The notes: a model not told the origin generated them from the sequence alone. A stretch of DNA of 55,614 nt from Gemmatimonadales bacterium (GCA_035711365.1 DASTCF010000086.1:1-55614); one strand, 5' to 3'; shown: positions 43,229 through 53,809, counted from the first letter of the stretch. Numbers and translations are program-made.

Positions 43229-44449
43229 ATGTCGTCATCCTTTTCGACCATCCTCGTACGCGGTTTCTCCGCGGGTGTCCTCACGCTTTCGGCGGTCGCG
43301 TGCGACTCCTCCACGCTCCTGGACGGGCAGGGCGACTCCACCGCCGACGCTGCGCTCGCCCAGGTCTCCGCCCCGGCGCCATCCCCGATCGCAGCGGTCC
43401 CTGTCGGGAGCACGAGCGTACACCTATGGCCGTATGTCAGCTCGAATCTGCAGGCGCCAGAGGATCCGGTGAGCCTGATCTTCGTCGGGGAAGCGGATCC
43501 GCGCGCACTTCGAGCCGCGTTACTCGCCCTGGACGGTGACCGCACTGCCTTCGGTTTCCCGCCGGTCTTCCCGTTCAACTGCACGTGGGACGACGCGATC
43601 GGCGGTGTCCAGGGCGGGTACACCGACGACGCCGGCTGGAGCGGCAGCGCCATCCAACTGCAATGCGGCGCGTACCAGCCGATCCGGTTCCACCTCCGGT
43701 TCTTCGCCGCGGGCGGCGTGACACTTGGCGGGGCACACTTCGAGGTTCTGATCCCCGGGACGGCCGACCATCAGGTGCTCAGCTGGGAACTGGCCGAGCA
43801 GCTGGTGACGGCTGACTTCGTGCGGAGCGGCCTGCTCGGTGCCGCGCCGTCGCAGACTGCGGCCATCAACGGCTCCCCCTGGCGCGCGATTCCTCCTGTC
43901 ATCTATAACGGCTTGCCTGCCGAGTTACAGCAGCTCGCCGGTGGCCCGATCGGCAGTACTGCCATCCCGGTGCCCATCCAGAACGACGGCCATGCCACGA
44001 TTCTCACCCTGGCAGAACGCGCCGCCCCGGTTCCGAACCGGCCGCCCCAGGACTTCGTGATCCAGTACGATCAGGTCGTGCCCAAGCCATTCTGCGCTGG
44101 CGGCGCGTTCCAGTACGTGTACGTCGACGGACCCGTTCGGCTGCGACAGTGGGCCGAGGAAACGGCATCCGGCAACTTCGTCAGCCACTTCCACGCCGAG
44201 GGCACGCTGGCAGTGACGCCGGTCGACCCGAGCACGTCACCGCCAACCCCGATCGGCGACACTTATCTCGCCCAGGTGAACGAGATGCACCGTGGCCGGG
44301 TGACCGATCAGGGCTCCTTCGCGCAGAGCACGATCATTCAGATGGAGCTGCCGCCGATCGGTGAGTTCCGGGGGCGGTTGGTCGCCGTCCTTGGCGTCGA
44401 GTCCGGCGGCGAGGGCACGTTCGGTCTGACCATCGAATGCGCACCCTGA
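43229..44449 (+). CDS. secreted protein/possible lipoprotein of unknown function
   Basis: ATG at 43229 after GGAGG. Signal peptide with possible lipobox (LTLSAVAC-DSS). No motif recognised in the remaining ~380 aa. Confidence 0.6.
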   Translation: MSSSFSTILVRGFSAGVLTLSAVACDSSTLLDGQGDSTADAALAQVSAPAPSPIAAVPVGSTSVHLWPYVSSNLQAPEDPVSLIFVGEADPRALRAALLALDGDRTAFGFPPVFPFNCTWDDAIGGVQGGYTDDAGWSGSAIQLQCGAYQPIRFHLRFFAAGGVTLGGAHFEVLIPGTADHQVLSWELAEQLVTADFVRSGLLGAAPSQTAAINGSPWRAIPPVIYNGLPAELQQLAGGPIGSTAIPVPIQNDGHATILTLAERAAPVPNRPPQDFVIQYDQVVPKPFCAGGAFQYVYVDGPVRLRQWAEETASGNFVSHFHAEGTLAVTPVDPSTSPPTPIGDTYLAQVNEMHRGRVTDQGSFAQSTIIQMELPPIGEFRGRLVAVLGVESGGEGTFGLTIECAP

Positions 44450-44566
44450 GTGCGCCGGTGGCGCATCTCCGGAGCCCGGCGGCGTCATGCTGGCGGGCTC
44501 CGTGGGCCCGGGATATCCTACATCACTGCTTCAGGCGCCCCATCCGGCGACAACCCCGGGCCCATA

Positions 44567-47500
44567 ATGAGCGGATCGCTCCGCATTCTGATTCTCGACG
44601 ACCAGGCTGAAGAACGCACTCTGCTCGGGGCATCCCTTCGCGACGCCGGTGGGTTTGAGGTCGCCGCCCCGGCAGACCCGGCTGGGTTTCGCGCGCTGCT
44701 CGCCGGGCCCTGTTTCGATGCGGTGCTGACCTCCGCCCGATTCGACGCCATCACGTGGGACGACGCCCTCCGCGAGGTGCGGGTCGTGTGGCCGGACGCG
44801 GCAGTTGTGATCATCGCAGACCGTGCCGACGACCGGATCGTCAATGAGGCGCTGCAGGGCGGGGTGGACAATTACCTGCTCCGTACCGCCGATCCGAAAC
44901 GCCGCGTCCCGCTCGTCCTCCATTCCGCCCTGGTGTGGGCAAAGCAACGTGCCAAGTCCGCCCGGGTGATGGAGCGGCTCCAGCGACTCCTCGACCAGAT
45001 CAACGTCGGGGTCTTCCGCAGCACGCTGGACGGCAGGTGCCTGGAGGCCAATCCCGCGCTCCTCCGGATCCTGCAGCTTCCCGACCTGGCCAGCCTGCAG
45101 GGGATCAACACGAGAGCGTTCTACAGCGATCCCGACGATCGGGACCTGTTCGTCGGGCGCATGACGCGAGAGGGTCAGGTGCGGGATTTCGAATTCGACG
45201 CGCACCGCTCCGACGGTGAACCGCTCCGGCTCTCGATCAGTGCGACTCTGGACCGTACCGGACCGGATCCGGTGATCGACGGCCTGATTGACGACATCAC
45301 GGAGCGCCGGCGCGACCGGGAGGCGCTGCGGCGTTCCGAAACCGAACTGCGGGCGCTGTTCGCCGCGCTGCCCGAAACGGTCATCGTCTTCAATCGGGAC
45401 GGTCGCTACATCAAGATCCTGTCGACGGATCCCCGCCTTCTGTACATGCCGACCGAGGACCGGATCGGGCGCACGGTGCAGGAAGTGTGGCCCGAAATGG
45501 CCGATTTCTTTCAGCTGCACATCCTGCGCGCACTTGCGGTGGGGGGCTCGGTCACGACGGAGTACCGCGTCATGATGCGGGGCGAGGAGAAGTGGTACGA
45601 GGCGGTGGTGTCACCGCTCGGAAACGACCAGGTGATCTGGGTGGCCCGCGATACGACGGAGCGGCGCCAGGCGCGGGAGGCGCTCCAGTCCTCGGAGGAG
45701 CGGCTGCGCGCGCTTCTGGCCGCGCTCCCCGACCTCGTGATGGTCTTCGACCGGGAGGGGCGGTACGTCCAGATCGCCCCGACGAACCCCCGGCTGCTGG
45801 TCCGCCCCGCCGAGGAGCTGATCGGGCGGTCCATTCACGAGGTCCTGCCCACGGCGCAGGCGGGCGAGTTCCTCGGCTACATCCGGAAGGCGCTCGACGG
45901 GGAGCAGCCGGTGGTGCACGGCTACGACCTCGACGTGCGCGGCGAACGGATCCGCTTCCAGTCCACCATTGCCCGCCTCACAGCCGACACCGTCATTGCC
46001 GTCGCCAGAGACGTGACCGAGGCGTATGAGGCCGAGCAGCGGCTCCAGGCCAGCGAGGAGCGGTTTCGCGCGCTGGTGCAGAACAGCCGTGATGCCATCG
46101 CCCTGCTCGACGCGCAGGGCGTCCTCCTCTACAACAGCCACTCGGTGGAACGGATCACCGGCTACAGTGTGACCGAGAACCTCGGGCGCAGCGTGTTCGA
46201 GTTCGCAGATCCCGCCGAACTGCCACGGGCCCAGCGGATGTTCGCCGACGTCCTCGCGGAACCGGGGAAGGCCAAGGAGGCGGTGCTCCGCATCCGCATC
46301 AAGAGCGGCGAGCTGCGCGACTTCGAGATCACCGCCGTCAACCGGCTCGACGACCCCGCGATTGGCGCAATCGTCCTCAACTTCCGGGACGTCACCAAGC
46401 GCATCGAGGCAGAGCGGGAAGTGCGCGAGAGCTCAGAGCGGCTGGATCTGGCGCTCGAGGCAGCGAGCGGCGCCGTCTGGGACTGGGATCTCCAGACCGG
46501 ACACGTGTACTGGGACCCGCGCTGGGCCCGCCTGCTTGGCTACGAGCCCGGGGAGCTCGGCCCGGACATCGACGAATGGGACCGCCGTATTCACCCGGAC
46601 GATGTACCGAGCGTCCGGCGCGCCCTCGCCGCGCACCTCGAGGGACGCCGGCCGGTGTACGAGTGCGAGCACCGGCTCCGTGCCAAGGACGGAACGTGGA
46701 AGTGGATGCTCGACCGTGGCAAGGTGGTCTCGTGGGACGCGGAAGGGCGGGCACGCCGTCTGGTCGGCACACTTACCGACCTCTCCGATCGGAGGCGGCT
46801 CGAGGAGCAACTGGCTCAGGCCCAGAAAATGGAGGCCGTGGGTCAGTTGGCCGGGGGCATCGCGCATGATTTCAACAATGTCCTCACCGCCATCCTCGGC
46901 ACCAGCGAGCTGATCCTGGCCGAGCTCGACACGAGCGATCCCCACCGCGAGGATCTCGAGGAGATCAAGCGGTCGGCCAACCGGGCCGCGACGCTCACCC
47001 GGCAGCTCCTCGCGTTCAGCCGCCGGCAGGTGCTTCAGCCCAGAGTGGTCGACCTCAACGCTGTCGTCACGAACATCGACCGGATGCTGCATCGCCTCAC
47101 CGGCGAGAACATCACCCTGGAGCTCAACCTGGCGCGGGATCTCGGGCGGGTGCGTGCGGACCCCGGTCAGATCGAGCAGATCATCGTGAACCTGGCGGTG
47201 AACGCGAGAGACGCGATGCCCGGGGGCGGCCGCCTGCTGATCGACACGCTGAACGTGCGCGAAGAACGCGGCGATGGCGATGCCGGTGCCGAGGGCGGGT
47301 ATGTGATGCTCGCCGTCCGGGACACCGGAGTGGGCATGGATGCGCAGACCAAGGCCCACCTCTTCGAGCCGTTCTTCACCACCAAGGAGCGCGGGCGGGG
47401 CACCGGGCTTGGCCTCGCGACCGTCTACGGGATCGTCCGGCAGAGCGGAGGCTTCATCCGGGTTGCGAGCGAGTCGGGCCAGGGTGCTCTGTTCCAGATC

Positions 47501-47950
47501 TACCTGCCGCGGGTGGAGCCGACTCCGTCGGACGAATCGGAAATCGCCGCCGCGGCTCGGCTCTCGCCCGACCGTGGCGTCGGTACGATTCTCTTCGTCG
47601 AGGACGAGGAGCCGGTCCGCAAGCTGGGCCAGCGGATCCTCGAGCGGGAAGGATACACCGTGCTCGCCGCGGCAGATGGGGACGAGGCGCTCCGCATCGC
47701 CGAAGTGCATCCGGGCCCGATTCACGTGCTGCTCACCGACGTCGTGATGCCAGGGATGAACGGCGTGGACCTGGCCCGCCGTATGGAGCCGCTCCGCCCC
47801 GGGCTCCGCGTGATGTTCACCAGCGGTTATCCCGAGACCGAGCGCGGCCAGCACGGGACGCTGGAGCGCGGCGGCGCATTCCTCCAGAAGCCGTTCACTC
47901 CCGAAGAGCTGACCCGGCGCATCCGCGAGATCTTCGCCGTCCGTGGATAA
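44567..47950 (+). CDS. hybrid sensor histidine kinase: degenerate N-terminal receiver, five PAS/PAC units, HisKA-HATPase_c, C-terminal receiver
   Basis: H-box GGIAHDFNNVLT, N-box NLAVNARDAM, G-boxes DTGVGMD and GTGLGLATV. C-terminal REC has canonical EDEE...LLTDVVMPGMNG...KPF. ATG at 44567 (MSGSLRILILDD). The ORF part 44450-44566 is judged spurious. Confidence 0.85.
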   Translation: MSGSLRILILDDQAEERTLLGASLRDAGGFEVAAPADPAGFRALLAGPCFDAVLTSARFDAITWDDALREVRVVWPDAAVVIIADRADDRIVNEALQGGVDNYLLRTADPKRRVPLVLHSALVWAKQRAKSARVMERLQRLLDQINVGVFRSTLDGRCLEANPALLRILQLPDLASLQGINTRAFYSDPDDRDLFVGRMTREGQVRDFEFDAHRSDGEPLRLSISATLDRTGPDPVIDGLIDDITERRRDREALRRSETELRALFAALPETVIVFNRDGRYIKILSTDPRLLYMPTEDRIGRTVQEVWPEMADFFQLHILRALAVGGSVTTEYRVMMRGEEKWYEAVVSPLGNDQVIWVARDTTERRQAREALQSSEERLRALLAALPDLVMVFDREGRYVQIAPTNPRLLVRPAEELIGRSIHEVLPTAQAGEFLGYIRKALDGEQPVVHGYDLDVRGERIRFQSTIARLTADTVIAVARDVTEAYEAEQRLQASEERFRALVQNSRDAIALLDAQGVLLYNSHSVERITGYSVTENLGRSVFEFADPAELPRAQRMFADVLAEPGKAKEAVLRIRIKSGELRDFEITAVNRLDDPAIGAIVLNFRDVTKRIEAEREVRESSERLDLALEAASGAVWDWDLQTGHVYWDPRWARLLGYEPGELGPDIDEWDRRIHPDDVPSVRRALAAHLEGRRPVYECEHRLRAKDGTWKWMLDRGKVVSWDAEGRARRLVGTLTDLSDRRRLEEQLAQAQKMEAVGQLAGGIAHDFNNVLTAILGTSELILAELDTSDPHREDLEEIKRSANRAATLTRQLLAFSRRQVLQPRVVDLNAVVTNIDRMLHRLTGENITLELNLARDLGRVRADPGQIEQIIVNLAVNARDAMPGGGRLLIDTLNVREERGDGDAGAEGGYVMLAVRDTGVGMDAQTKAHLFEPFFTTKERGRGTGLGLATVYGIVRQSGGFIRVASESGQGALFQIYLPRVEPTPSDESEIAAAARLSPDRGVGTILFVEDEEPVRKLGQRILEREGYTVLAAADGDEALRIAEVHPGPIHVLLTDVVMPGMNGVDLARRMEPLRPGLRVMFTSGYPETERGQHGTLERGGAFLQKPFTPEELTRRIREIFAVRG

Positions 47951-48920
47951 TCTCTGCCACACCCTCACGGGAGCCGCACTGGCTCAGGCCGGGCTCAAGC
48001 GCCGGACCGCCCTTGGCGCCGCCACGCTCATCATCGCGGCCAATCTGCCGGACGTGGACATCCTCTCCTATTTCCGCGGGGAGACATTCGCGCTCAGCTT
48101 CCGCCGCGGATGGACGCACGGGATCCTCGCCCTGCTCGTCTGGCCCTGGATCCTGGCCGGCGTGATGCTCGCGTTCGACCGGACCTTTACCCGGCGCGGC
48201 GCCCGATTCGGACCACTTCTGCTTCTCGCGGCCGTCGGGATTCTCAGTCACCCGCTGCTCGACTCACTGAACACCTACGGCGTCCGCTGGTTGATGCCGT
48301 TCTCCGGCCGCTGGTTCTACGGCGACACCCTCTTCATCGTGGACGTGTGGGTGTGGCTGGTGCTCGCGGCGGGACTGGTGTGGAGCACAAGGCGGGAGCG
48401 GAAGGGGCGCGCCGATTGGGCGCAACCCGCGAAGGCGGCGCTCCTCACGGCCACGGTCTACGTCGCCATCATGGCGACGCTCGGCCGGCTGGCGGAAGGC
48501 CAGGTGCGCTTCGAGCTACGCGGGCAGGGCGGTTCGCCCCGCGACATCCTGGCCTCGCCGCTGCCGGTCACCCCGATCGAGCGCGAGGTCGTCGTTGCGG
48601 AGCCGGACGGGTTTCGGGTCGGGACCATCCGGGTGGGCGGCAGCTTCCAGGAGCAAGGCCGATGGCCGCACCTTGGGGACGGCGGACCGGCTGTCGCCGC
48701 CGCGGCCGACCGGCCCGACGCGAGGGCGTTCCTCGCCTGGGCGCGCTACCCGACCTTCCTGGTCGACCGCCGGGGTGGGATGACGATCATTCACTTCATC
48801 GACCTGCGCTATGCGCGGGCCCCGGGACCGGGATTTGGTACCCTCGCCGTCCCGCTTACAGTCGGCCAGATGGCACGGACCGAGGCTCGCGAACCGAGGG
48901 ACGTTACCCGCCGCGAGTGA
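47943..48920 (+). CDS. membrane-bound metal-dependent hydrolase, YdjM/DUF457 family
   Basis: N-terminus DNLCHTLTGAALAQAGL...IIAANLPDVD and His-rich TM segments. GTG start overlaps the kinase 3' end by 8 nt. Confidence 0.7.
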   Translation: MDNLCHTLTGAALAQAGLKRRTALGAATLIIAANLPDVDILSYFRGETFALSFRRGWTHGILALLVWPWILAGVMLAFDRTFTRRGARFGPLLLLAAVGILSHPLLDSLNTYGVRWLMPFSGRWFYGDTLFIVDVWVWLVLAAGLVWSTRRERKGRADWAQPAKAALLTATVYVAIMATLGRLAEGQVRFELRGQGGSPRDILASPLPVTPIEREVVVAEPDGFRVGTIRVGGSFQEQGRWPHLGDGGPAVAAAADRPDARAFLAWARYPTFLVDRRGGMTIIHFIDLRYARAPGPGFGTLAVPLTVGQMARTEAREPRDVTRRE

Positions 48921-49578
48921 CCCCGGCCCGCAGGAGCGGCTCGAGGGCCGGCCAGATGTTCCCCGCCATCCTGCGATGCCCCTCGGGCGTTGGATGAATT
49001 CCGTCGGCCTGGTTCAGGGAATCGACCCCGGCCACACCCTCCAGCACAAATGGAACCAGCGGGATACTGTTTGCGGCGGCGACCGCCCGGTACGCCTCTC
49101 GGAACCGGGAAGTGTACGATGCCCCCAGGTTGGGCGGCGCCTCCATCCCCAGCAGCAGGATCTCCGGTGCCGGATTCCGGCTGCGTGCCAGGTCAATCAC
49201 CGCCTGGATGTTGGCCCGCAGCTCACCCGGATCGAGACCACGGAGTCCGTCGTTCCCACCGGTCTCCAATACGAGCACCGCGACTGGCTGCTGGAGCAGC
49301 CAGGCGGCCCGCTTGGCAGCGCCCGCCGAAGTCTCGCCACTCACGCCACGATTGAGCACCCGGTAGTCGTAGCCCGCCGAATCGATCATGTGCTGGAGCA
49401 CGGCGGGGTACGCCAGTTCGGGGTCAATGCCCTGCCCCGCGGCGAGGCTGGTGCCAAGCACCATCACGACCGGCAGGTCGGCGGCGCCCGGGGCCTCTGC
49501 GGGCGGGCGAACGGCGTCCGGGCGCGAGCACGCGAGGAGGCCGGCGGCCAGGAGCGAATGGCTGGATCGAAGTATCAT
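48904..49578 (-). CDS. SGNH/GDSL-family arylesterase/thioesterase (TesA-like), probable lipoprotein
   Basis: Block I VMVLGTSLAAG (GDS-like), block III ETGGNDGL, block V DGIHPTPEGH. Lipobox LLAC after the ATG at 49578. The longest ORF starts at 49611. Confidence 0.8.
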   Translation of the reverse strand: MILRSSHSLLAAGLLACSRPDAVRPPAEAPGAADLPVVMVLGTSLAAGQGIDPELAYPAVLQHMIDSAGYDYRVLNRGVSGETSAGAAKRAAWLLQQPVAVLVLETGGNDGLRGLDPGELRANIQAVIDLARSRNPAPEILLLGMEAPPNLGASYTSRFREAYRAVAAANSIPLVPFVLEGVAGVDSLNQADGIHPTPEGHRRMAGNIWPALEPLLRAGVTRGG

Positions 49579-49609
49579 TCGGGAAACCACGCCGTGTCTG
49601 GGAGCGATC

Positions 49610-50278
49610 ATGCTGCGATGTGCGGGGCTGACCCAATCCTATCCGTCGGGCAATCAGGCCCTGACGGTCCTGCAAGATATCAGCTTCGAGGTGTCCGCCG
49701 GTGAGTTCGTGGCCGTGATCGGGCCGTCGGGGAGCGGGAAGACCACGTTGCTGGGCCTCCTCGCGGGCCTCGACAGGCCCGAATCCGGACAGGTCTGGCT
49801 CGATGGCGCCGAACTCACCACGCTGGGAGAAGATGCACGAGCCAGGCTCAGGGGTGCGAAAGTCGGATTCGTGTTTCAGTCGTTCCACCTCATCCCTACG
49901 CTCACGGCCCGGGAGAACGTTCAGGTGCCGCTCGAGCTGCGCGGGGAACCGGGTGGTGAACGGGCCGAGGAGCTTCTTGCACGCGTGGGGCTCGCCGACC
50001 GAGCTCACCACTACCCGGCACAGCTCTCCGGTGGCGAGCAGCAGCGCGTTGCGCTGGCCCGGGCCTTCAGCACCCGCCCGAAGGTCCTGTTCGCGGATGA
50101 GCCCACTGGCAATCTCGATCAGCGGACCGGGGCGCGCATCATCGAGCTGATGACCGAACTGAATCGCGAGGCCGGCACGACCCTCATTCTCGTCACGCAT
50201 GACCCCGAGCTGGCCAGCCGCGCGCGTCGCATCCTCCGGCTGGCCGACGGCCGCCTCGTCGCCGACAGCGCGGCGTGA
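49610..50278 (+). CDS. ABC transporter ATP-binding protein (YbbA/LolD-like)
   Basis: Walker [10 protein letters not shown], signature [13 protein letters not shown], Walker [15 protein letters not shown] at 49610. The upstream ORF part from 49388 is antisense to the tesA-like gene and judged spurious. Confidence 0.9.
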   Translation: MLRCAGLTQSYPSGNQALTVLQDISFEVSAGEFVAVIGPSGSGKTTLLGLLAGLDRPESGQVWLDGAELTTLGEDARARLRGAKVGFVFQSFHLIPTLTARENVQVPLELRGEPGGERAEELLARVGLADRAHHYPAQLSGGEQQRVALARAFSTRPKVLFADEPTGNLDQRTGARIIELMTELNREAGTTLILVTHDPELASRARRILRLADGRLVADSAA

Positions 50279-52842
50279 CAGGCACGTCCGCCGTGCTCGG
50301 TCTCGCGTGGCGCGAGGCGCGCGCCGCCCGGCGCCGCCTCACACTTTTGGTCGGCGCAATCGCCGTCGGCACGGCGGCGCTCGTGGCGATCAATGCCTTT
50401 ACCGCCAACCTGCGCCGGAGCGTGGCCGGTGAGGCCCGGGCTCTCCTCGGCGCGGACCTCTCCTTCGCCTCACGCGCCCGCCTCACGCCTCGGGTCGATT
50501 CCCTGGCAGACTCCCTGGCGTGCGGCGGCCGCTCCGGCTGCGGTCGACGCTCCACCGTCACCAGCTTCGCCGCAATGGCCTACGTTCCCGCGAGAGCAGG
50601 GGTCAGGCTGGTGCGGGTGACGGCTGTCGAGGGCGGCTGGCCGTTCTACGGACGGATCGCGACGACGCCGGCCGGCGTGTGGGACACCCTGCAGGGAGCG
50701 CGCATCGCTCTCGTCGATCCGGCGCTGCTCACCGCGCTCGGGGCAATGCCTGGTGACACCCTCGCGCTCGGCCGGCTGCGCCTCCCGATCGCCGGCACGG
50801 TGGATCGAGTTCCCGGGGACATCGGCATCTCGGCAGCCTTCGGACCCCGCGTGGTGATTCCGGGAGCGCTGCTCGGGGAAACCGGGTTGCTCCAGTTCGG
50901 CGCGCGCGCCGAATATGAGACCTTCCTCCGGCTCGGCCCCCAGCAGGACCCAGACGCCATTGCGAAGCAGCTTCGCCCCACACTCCGTCCCGAGCGGGTC
51001 CGGGTCCGCACGGTCCAGGACGAACAGCAGAATCTCGGCAACGCACTGGAACGGCTCGGCCGGTTCCTGGGCCTTGTGGCGCTGGTCGCGCTGTTGCTGG
51101 GCGGTCTCGGCGTCGCGAGCGCGGTCCATGTCTTCATCCGGCAGCGCATGGAAACCATCGCCGTCCTGCGCTGCATCGGGGCCACGACGCGCCAGGTCTT
51201 CAGCGTGTACCTGATCCAGGCCGCGGGCATCGGCCTCGTTGGCAGCGTCGTGGGTGCGGCGCTCGGACTGGCCGTGCAGTTGGCGCTCCCATCGGTACTC
51301 GGCGACTTCCTGCCCGTGAAAGTGGAGGCGCGGATCCCGTGGCCGGTGGTGGCGCTGGGGCTCGGACTGGGGCTCTGGACCGCCTTGGCGTTCGCAATCC
51401 TGCCGCTCCTCGGCGTGCGGCAGATCTCGCCCCTTGCCACGCTCCGCCGGCCGTATGACGCGAGTGTCCGGCTCACGCGCGACCGCTGGTTCTGGCTCGC
51501 GGCGAGCGGCCTCGGGCTCAGCGTGATCGGGATGGCGGTGCTGGAAGCGCATCATGCGCTGCGTGGACTGGCGTTCGCCGCGGGCATCGGCGCCACCTTG
51601 ATGGGCCTTGCCATAGCGGCACTGGCGCTGGTCCGCGGACTCCGGCGCTGGTTTCCCCATCACCTGCCGTATGTCTGGCGACAGGGACTCGCCAACCTCT
51701 ACCGGCCGGCCAACCAGACCGTCGCGGTCGTGCTCGCGCTCGGCTTCGGCGTATTCCTGCTCGCGACGCTGATCCTCGTGCAGCACAACCTGCTGCGCGA
51801 CCTGCGCGTCGGCGACGGTGGGGCGCGGCCGAACCTGGTGCTGTTCGACATTCAGGCCGATCAGGCGCGAGGCGTCGACTCCCTGCTCCGGGCCGCCGGG
51901 CACGAGCCTCCAGCTACGATCCCGATCGTCCCGATGCGGATCCAGGCTCTCGATGGAGTTCCGGTGGGGCCGATCCTCGCGGACACGAGCGAGCGACCAG
52001 GCCAGCCGTCCGGCTGGGCGGTGCGGCGCGAGTATCGCTCGACCTATCGGGACACCCTGGTGGGCTCGGAGCGCCTCGTGGCGGGCAAGTGGTGGAAGCC
52101 TGGCGGGCGGGATCCTGCCGGGGAGCCGGTTTCGGTGTCGGTGGAAGTGGAGGTCGCTGCCGAGCTGGGCGTCGGCATCGGTGACGAAATCACCTGGGAC
52201 GTCCAGGGCGTGCCCGTTCGGAGCCGGGTGACGAGCCTGCGCGAGGTGGAATGGGCCCGCTTCGAGCCGAACTTCTTCGTCATCTTCCGCCCCGGGGCGC
52301 TCGAGGCGGCTCCGCAAACCTACGTGACACTGATCCGCGTGGACGACGCCGCCGCGCGGGGCCGCCTGCAGCGCGCGATGGTTGAGCACTTCCCCAACGT
52401 CTCAACTCTGGATCTCTCCACCGTCCAGCGCGCGGTCGATGATATTCTGCGCACCGTGTCGGCCGCCATCCGCTTCATGGCCGGTTTCACACTCATCGCC
52501 GGGCTGGTCGTGCTGCTGGGAGCGATTGCGACGACGCGGCTGCAGCGGATGCGGGAGACGGTCCTCCTCAAGACGCTCGGCGCGACCCGGCGCCAGGTGG
52601 TGCGGATCGTGCTCGCGGAATATCTGGCGCTTGGCCTGCTGGCTTCGGCGGCGGGGCTGTGCCTGGCTACGGGCGCCGGCTGGGCGCTCGCGCACTGGCT
52701 GTTCGAGACGCGGTTTGCACTTCCCGCCGGCCCGCTCGCAGGGCTTGGTGCCCTGGTGATCGGCCTGACCGTGGCGATCGGCCTCTGGACGTCGCTCGAG
52801 GCGTTTCGCCGGACACCGGTGGAGATGTTGCGCGATGAGTAG
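50275..52842 (+). CDS. FtsX-family ABC transporter permease (YbbP-like, duplicated FtsX/MacB-type domains)
   Basis: 855 aa; two FtsX-like 4-TM modules separated by soluble regions. GTGA overlap with the ATPase gene. Confidence 0.85.
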   Translation: MTGTSAVLGLAWREARAARRRLTLLVGAIAVGTAALVAINAFTANLRRSVAGEARALLGADLSFASRARLTPRVDSLADSLACGGRSGCGRRSTVTSFAAMAYVPARAGVRLVRVTAVEGGWPFYGRIATTPAGVWDTLQGARIALVDPALLTALGAMPGDTLALGRLRLPIAGTVDRVPGDIGISAAFGPRVVIPGALLGETGLLQFGARAEYETFLRLGPQQDPDAIAKQLRPTLRPERVRVRTVQDEQQNLGNALERLGRFLGLVALVALLLGGLGVASAVHVFIRQRMETIAVLRCIGATTRQVFSVYLIQAAGIGLVGSVVGAALGLAVQLALPSVLGDFLPVKVEARIPWPVVALGLGLGLWTALAFAILPLLGVRQISPLATLRRPYDASVRLTRDRWFWLAASGLGLSVIGMAVLEAHHALRGLAFAAGIGATLMGLAIAALALVRGLRRWFPHHLPYVWRQGLANLYRPANQTVAVVLALGFGVFLLATLILVQHNLLRDLRVGDGGARPNLVLFDIQADQARGVDSLLRAAGHEPPATIPIVPMRIQALDGVPVGPILADTSERPGQPSGWAVRREYRSTYRDTLVGSERLVAGKWWKPGGRDPAGEPVSVSVEVEVAAELGVGIGDEITWDVQGVPVRSRVTSLREVEWARFEPNFFVIFRPGALEAAPQTYVTLIRVDDAAARGRLQRAMVEHFPNVSTLDLSTVQRAVDDILRTVSAAIRFMAGFTLIAGLVVLLGAIATTRLQRMRETVLLKTLGATRRQVVRIVLAEYLALGLLASAAGLCLATGAGWALAHWLFETRFALPAGPLAGLGALVIGLTVAIGLWTSLEAFRRTPVEMLRDE

Positions 52843-52885
52843 GCGCGCTATGTTTGACGGGTCTCCAACCCGGCGGAATCCCTCG

Positions 52886-53800
52886 ATGCTCCCGATCGAC
52901 CTCCGTGGCAAGCGCGCGTTCGTGGCCGGTGTCGCCGACGATGGCGGGTTCGGGTTCGCCATCGCCAAGTCCCTGGCCGAAGCCGGCGCGACCATCTGCC
53001 TCGGCTCGTGGCCGCCGGCGCTCGGGATCTTTCAGAAGCTGCTCGAGCGTGGCAAGATGGACGAGTCGATGAGGCTGTCCGACGGCGGGAAGCTCACGTT
53101 CGAGCGCATCTACCCTCTGGACGCCGCATTCGACACGATGGCCGACGTTCCCGCGGACATCCGCGAGAACAAGCGCTACATGGAGCAGGGCGATTTCACG
53201 ATCCAGGGCGTGGTGGAGCGGGTGCAGCAGGACTTCGGACGGCAGCCGCTCGACATCGTGGTCCATTCCCTCGCGAACGGCCCCGAGGTGAAGAATCCGC
53301 TCATCGACACGTCCCGATCGGGATACCTCGCGGCCGTGAGCGTGAGCGCCTACAGCAACGTCTCCTTCGTCCGCAACTTCGGACCGCTGATGCGGGCCGG
53401 CGGCTCGTTCCTCTCGCTCACCTACATGGCCGGGGAACGGGTGATCCCGGGCTACGGCGGCGGCATGTCATCCGCCAAGGCGGCACTCGAGGCGGACACC
53501 CGCACGCTGGCCTATGAGGCCGGGCGCCGGTTCGGCGTACGGGTCAACGCCATCAGCGCGGGACCGTGGGCCTCGCGCGCCGCGTCCGCCATCGGCTTCA
53601 TCGACATGATGATCGAGTATTGTGCGCGTAATGCCGCGCTGCCCAAGAAGCTCGAGGCCTCTGAGGTCGGAGGCACTGCGGCATTCCTTGCAAGCCCGCT
53701 GGCCTCTGCCATCACCGGTACCGTGGTGTACGTGGACAACGGGTATCACGCGATGGGCATGGCGGTGTCACCGGAAGCGCTCGCCACTCCACAGGGCTGA
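52886..53800 (+). CDS. fabI: enoyl-ACP reductase FabI, long plant/chlamydia-like subtype
   Basis: [28 protein letters not shown] dinucleotide fold. Catalytic region [16 protein letters not shown] matches the plastid-type ENR signature as I remember it. Confidence 0.8.
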   Translation: MLPIDLRGKRAFVAGVADDGGFGFAIAKSLAEAGATICLGSWPPALGIFQKLLERGKMDESMRLSDGGKLTFERIYPLDAAFDTMADVPADIRENKRYMEQGDFTIQGVVERVQQDFGRQPLDIVVHSLANGPEVKNPLIDTSRSGYLAAVSVSAYSNVSFVRNFGPLMRAGGSFLSLTYMAGERVIPGYGGGMSSAKAALEADTRTLAYEAGRRFGVRVNAISAGPWASRAASAIGFIDMMIEYCARNAALPKKLEASEVGGTAAFLASPLASAITGTVVYVDNGYHAMGMAVSPEALATPQG

Positions 53801-53809
53801 GCGCCACCC

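Noticed and set aside
44471-44501. 8-bp stem (GGAGCCCG ... CGGGCTCC) downstream of the lipoprotein gene, considered as a terminator. A 6-bp hairpin around its stop codon (44439-44455) was also considered.
   Set aside because: The loop is long (15 nt), there is no U tract, and the stems are short for this GC content. Both are indistinguishable from chance.
50470-52389. 639-aa minus-strand ORF inside the FtsX permease gene. The same applies to 46433-47968 (-) inside the histidine kinase gene and 44531-45520 (-).
   Set aside because: These are shadow ORFs. The plus-strand products have canonical TM/FtsX and HisKA/HATPase motifs, and the antisense translations are low-complexity.
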